Assembly (NCBI GenBank): GCA_002269645.1
Contig: NIVC01000012.1
Location: forward strand, 992,001 to 1,056,000
Reading direction: 5' to 3'
DNA from: Macrostomum lignano
Taxonomy: Eukaryota
DNA length: 64,000 nt
Shown here: positions 61,776 through 64,000 of the stretch, one piece after another
Layout of the letters: the number at the start of each line of letters is the position of its first letter
Position numbering within the stretch: position 1 is the stretch's first letter
Notes under the pieces: generated by a model
Seen by the model: the letters and a program-made list of their open reading frames with translations, nothing else
What the model was told of the DNA's origin: nothing
Databases searched by the model: none
Program-made: the position numbers and the translations under genes

Positions 61776-62730
61776 TTTTCAATGGGATTCTGAGGATAGG
61801 GATTTTTACAACTAATGGGATTCTGAGAATTGGGACTTTACAACTAATAGGATTCTGAGAATTGGGACTTTTACAACTAATAGGATTCTGAGGATTGGGA
61901 CTTTTACAACTAATGGGATTCTGAGAATTGGGACTTTTACAACTAATAGGATTCTGGGGATTGGGGTTTTTACAACTAATAGGATTCTGGGGATTGGGGT
62001 TTTTACAACTAATAGGATTCGGAGAATTGGGATTTTTACAACTATTAGGATTCGGAGAATTGGGATTTTTACAACTAATAGGATTCTGAGGATTGGGATT
62101 TTTACAACTAATAGGATTCGGAGAATTGGGACTTTTACAACTAATAGGATTCGGAGAATTGGGATTTTTACAACTAATAGGATTCTGAGGATTGGGATTT
62201 TTACAACTAATAGGATTCGGAGAATTGGGATTTTTACAACTAATAGGATTCGGAGAATTGGGACTTTTACAACTAATAGGATTCGGAGAATTGGGATTTT
62301 TACAACTAATAGGATTCGGAGAATTGGGATTTTTACAACTAATAGGATTCTGAGAATTGGGACTTTTACAACTAATAGGATTCGGAGAATTGGGATTTTT
62401 ACAACTAATAGGATTCTGAGGATTGGGATTTTTACAACTAATAGGATTCTGGGGATTGGGATTTTTACAACTAATAGGATTCGGAGAATTGGGATTTTTA
62501 CAACTAATAGGATTCTGAGGATTGGGATTTTTACAACTAATAGGATTCTGAGGATTGGGATTTTTACAACTAATGGGATTCGGAGAATTGGGATTTTTAC
62601 AACTAATAGGATTCTGAGAATTGGGATTTTTACAACTAATAGGATTCTGAGAATTGGGATTTTTACAACTAATAGGATTCGGAGAATTGGGATTTTTACA
62701 AATAATAGGATTCTGAGAATTGGGATTTCC
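61776..62730. repeat. 33-bp minisatellite (GGATTCTGAGAATTGGGATTTTTACAACTAATA)
   Basis: Direct periodicity. Confidence 0.93.
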
Positions 62731-63321
62731 CTACCCAGAGAATATAGTCCTACACACACAGGTACACATTAATACTTTAATCAGGTAACGAAAACAATAG
62801 TTCAAAGCGCTAAGTTTGCAAAGTAATACAAGCTAATATTATAATTTCTATTACAACATGTTTCTTATTGTCGCATGGAAATCTAAGTACTTTAAAGTAT
62901 AATATAAGCTGCTTAATAAAAATTCATAAAAAATGCGAGAACATACTGGTAACTACGATTTACAATAACCGACTCCGGTTTAACAAAAATAACACTAAAA
63001 CTCGTAATTAAATATAGAAAAAAATTCCATTAAAAATATTAGACAATAAAAAAGCGGTTCAAATGACTTTTAATCTGTCAGGCCAGAATTGAACACATAT
63101 CTAATAAAGGCAAATGGCAAGATTACAGCAGGCGCTATGATAGGCGCTATGATAAAAAAGTTGACAAGACGCGATCAGTTTTAGATTTAGTATATACGGA
63201 TTGTTGATAAATATTGAGCTGATAAAACTGCATTTAAAATTGGTCACAGAACAACACGCAACACTGAATCCAGGTGTTATCCTAAATTAAAAAAAAAACA
63301 GTTTCACTAAATTGGAAAACC

Positions 63322-64000
63322 ATCTGAAGGGTCAGGACACCTGAAGGGTCAGGACACCTGAAGGGTCAGGACACCTGAAGGGTCAGGACACCTGAAGGGT
63401 CAGGACACCTGAAGGGTCAGGACACCTGAAGGGTCAGGACACCTGAAGGGTCAGGACACCTGAAGGGTCAGGACACCTGAAAGGTCAGGACACCTGAAGG
63501 GTCAGGACACCTGAAGGGTCAGGACACCTGAAAGGTCAAGACACCTGAAGGGTCAGGACACCTGAAGGGTCAGGCTAGCCGAAGGGTCAGGACACCTGAA
63601 GGGTCAGGACACCTGAAGGGTCAGGACACCTGAAGGGTCAGGACACCTGAAGGGTCAGGAAACCTGAAGGGTCAGGACACCTGAAGGGTCAGGACACCTG
63701 AAGGGTCAGGACACCTGAAGGGTCAGGACACTTGAAGGGTCAGGACACCTGAAGGGTCAGGCTAGCCGAAGGGTCAGGCTAGCCGAAGGGTCAGGACACC
63801 TGAAGGGTCAGGACACCTGAAAGGTCAGGACACCTGAAGGGTCAGGACACCTGAAGGGTCAGGACACCTGAAAGGTCAAGACACCTGAAGGGTCAGGACA
63901 CCTGAAGGGTCAGGCTAGCCGAAGGGTCAGGACACCTGAAGGGTCAGGCTAGCCGAAGGGTCAGGCTAGCCGAAGGGTCAGGACACCTGAAGGGTCAGGC
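63322..64000. repeat. 17-bp minisatellite (CACCTGAAGGGTCAGGA), running off the window end
   Basis: Direct periodicity. Confidence 0.93.

Noticed and set aside
59082-62759. Long repetitive ORFs (CLSV, LLGQPP and VVKIPILRILL repeats)
   Set aside because: Stop-free frames of micro- and minisatellites.

Overview
Eukaryotic (invertebrate animal) genomic DNA, rich in repeats and transposons. It has GT-AG introns, TTAGGG-type repeats, and GC-rich exons inside minisatellite-filled introns; this style resembles a free-living flatworm such as Macrostomum, but the species cannot be confirmed from sequence alone. Host genes: a 3-exon C2H2-zinc-finger plus PR-Set7/KMT5A-like SET gene (minus, 2288-4200), an intronless non-alpha nicotinic-type Cys-loop receptor (plus, 43426-44871), and a co-oriented minus-strand trio COX17, RTRAF and PTGES2. 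The stretch from about 11 to 40 kb is mostly decayed, nested mobile elements: an EnSpm/CACTA-like transposase with a DUF4806-like companion gene, three Crypton-like tyrosine-recombinase copies, a Gypsy integrase remnant, a solo LTR, a Tc1-like element, a mariner derivative, LINE fragments and a SINE. The standout is a duplicated spliced gene (34614-36300 and 40420-41567). Its inferred product is a secreted prepro-protein: signal peptide, acidic 6-Cys pro-domain, RHKR convertase site, cationic amphipathic helix, then a small domain that by motif recall resembles C-terminal nuclease tips of bacterial polymorphic toxins. Its second intron carries a 30-nt tandem repeat made of in-frame copies of the splice acceptor. 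All homology calls are by eye; no searches were run.
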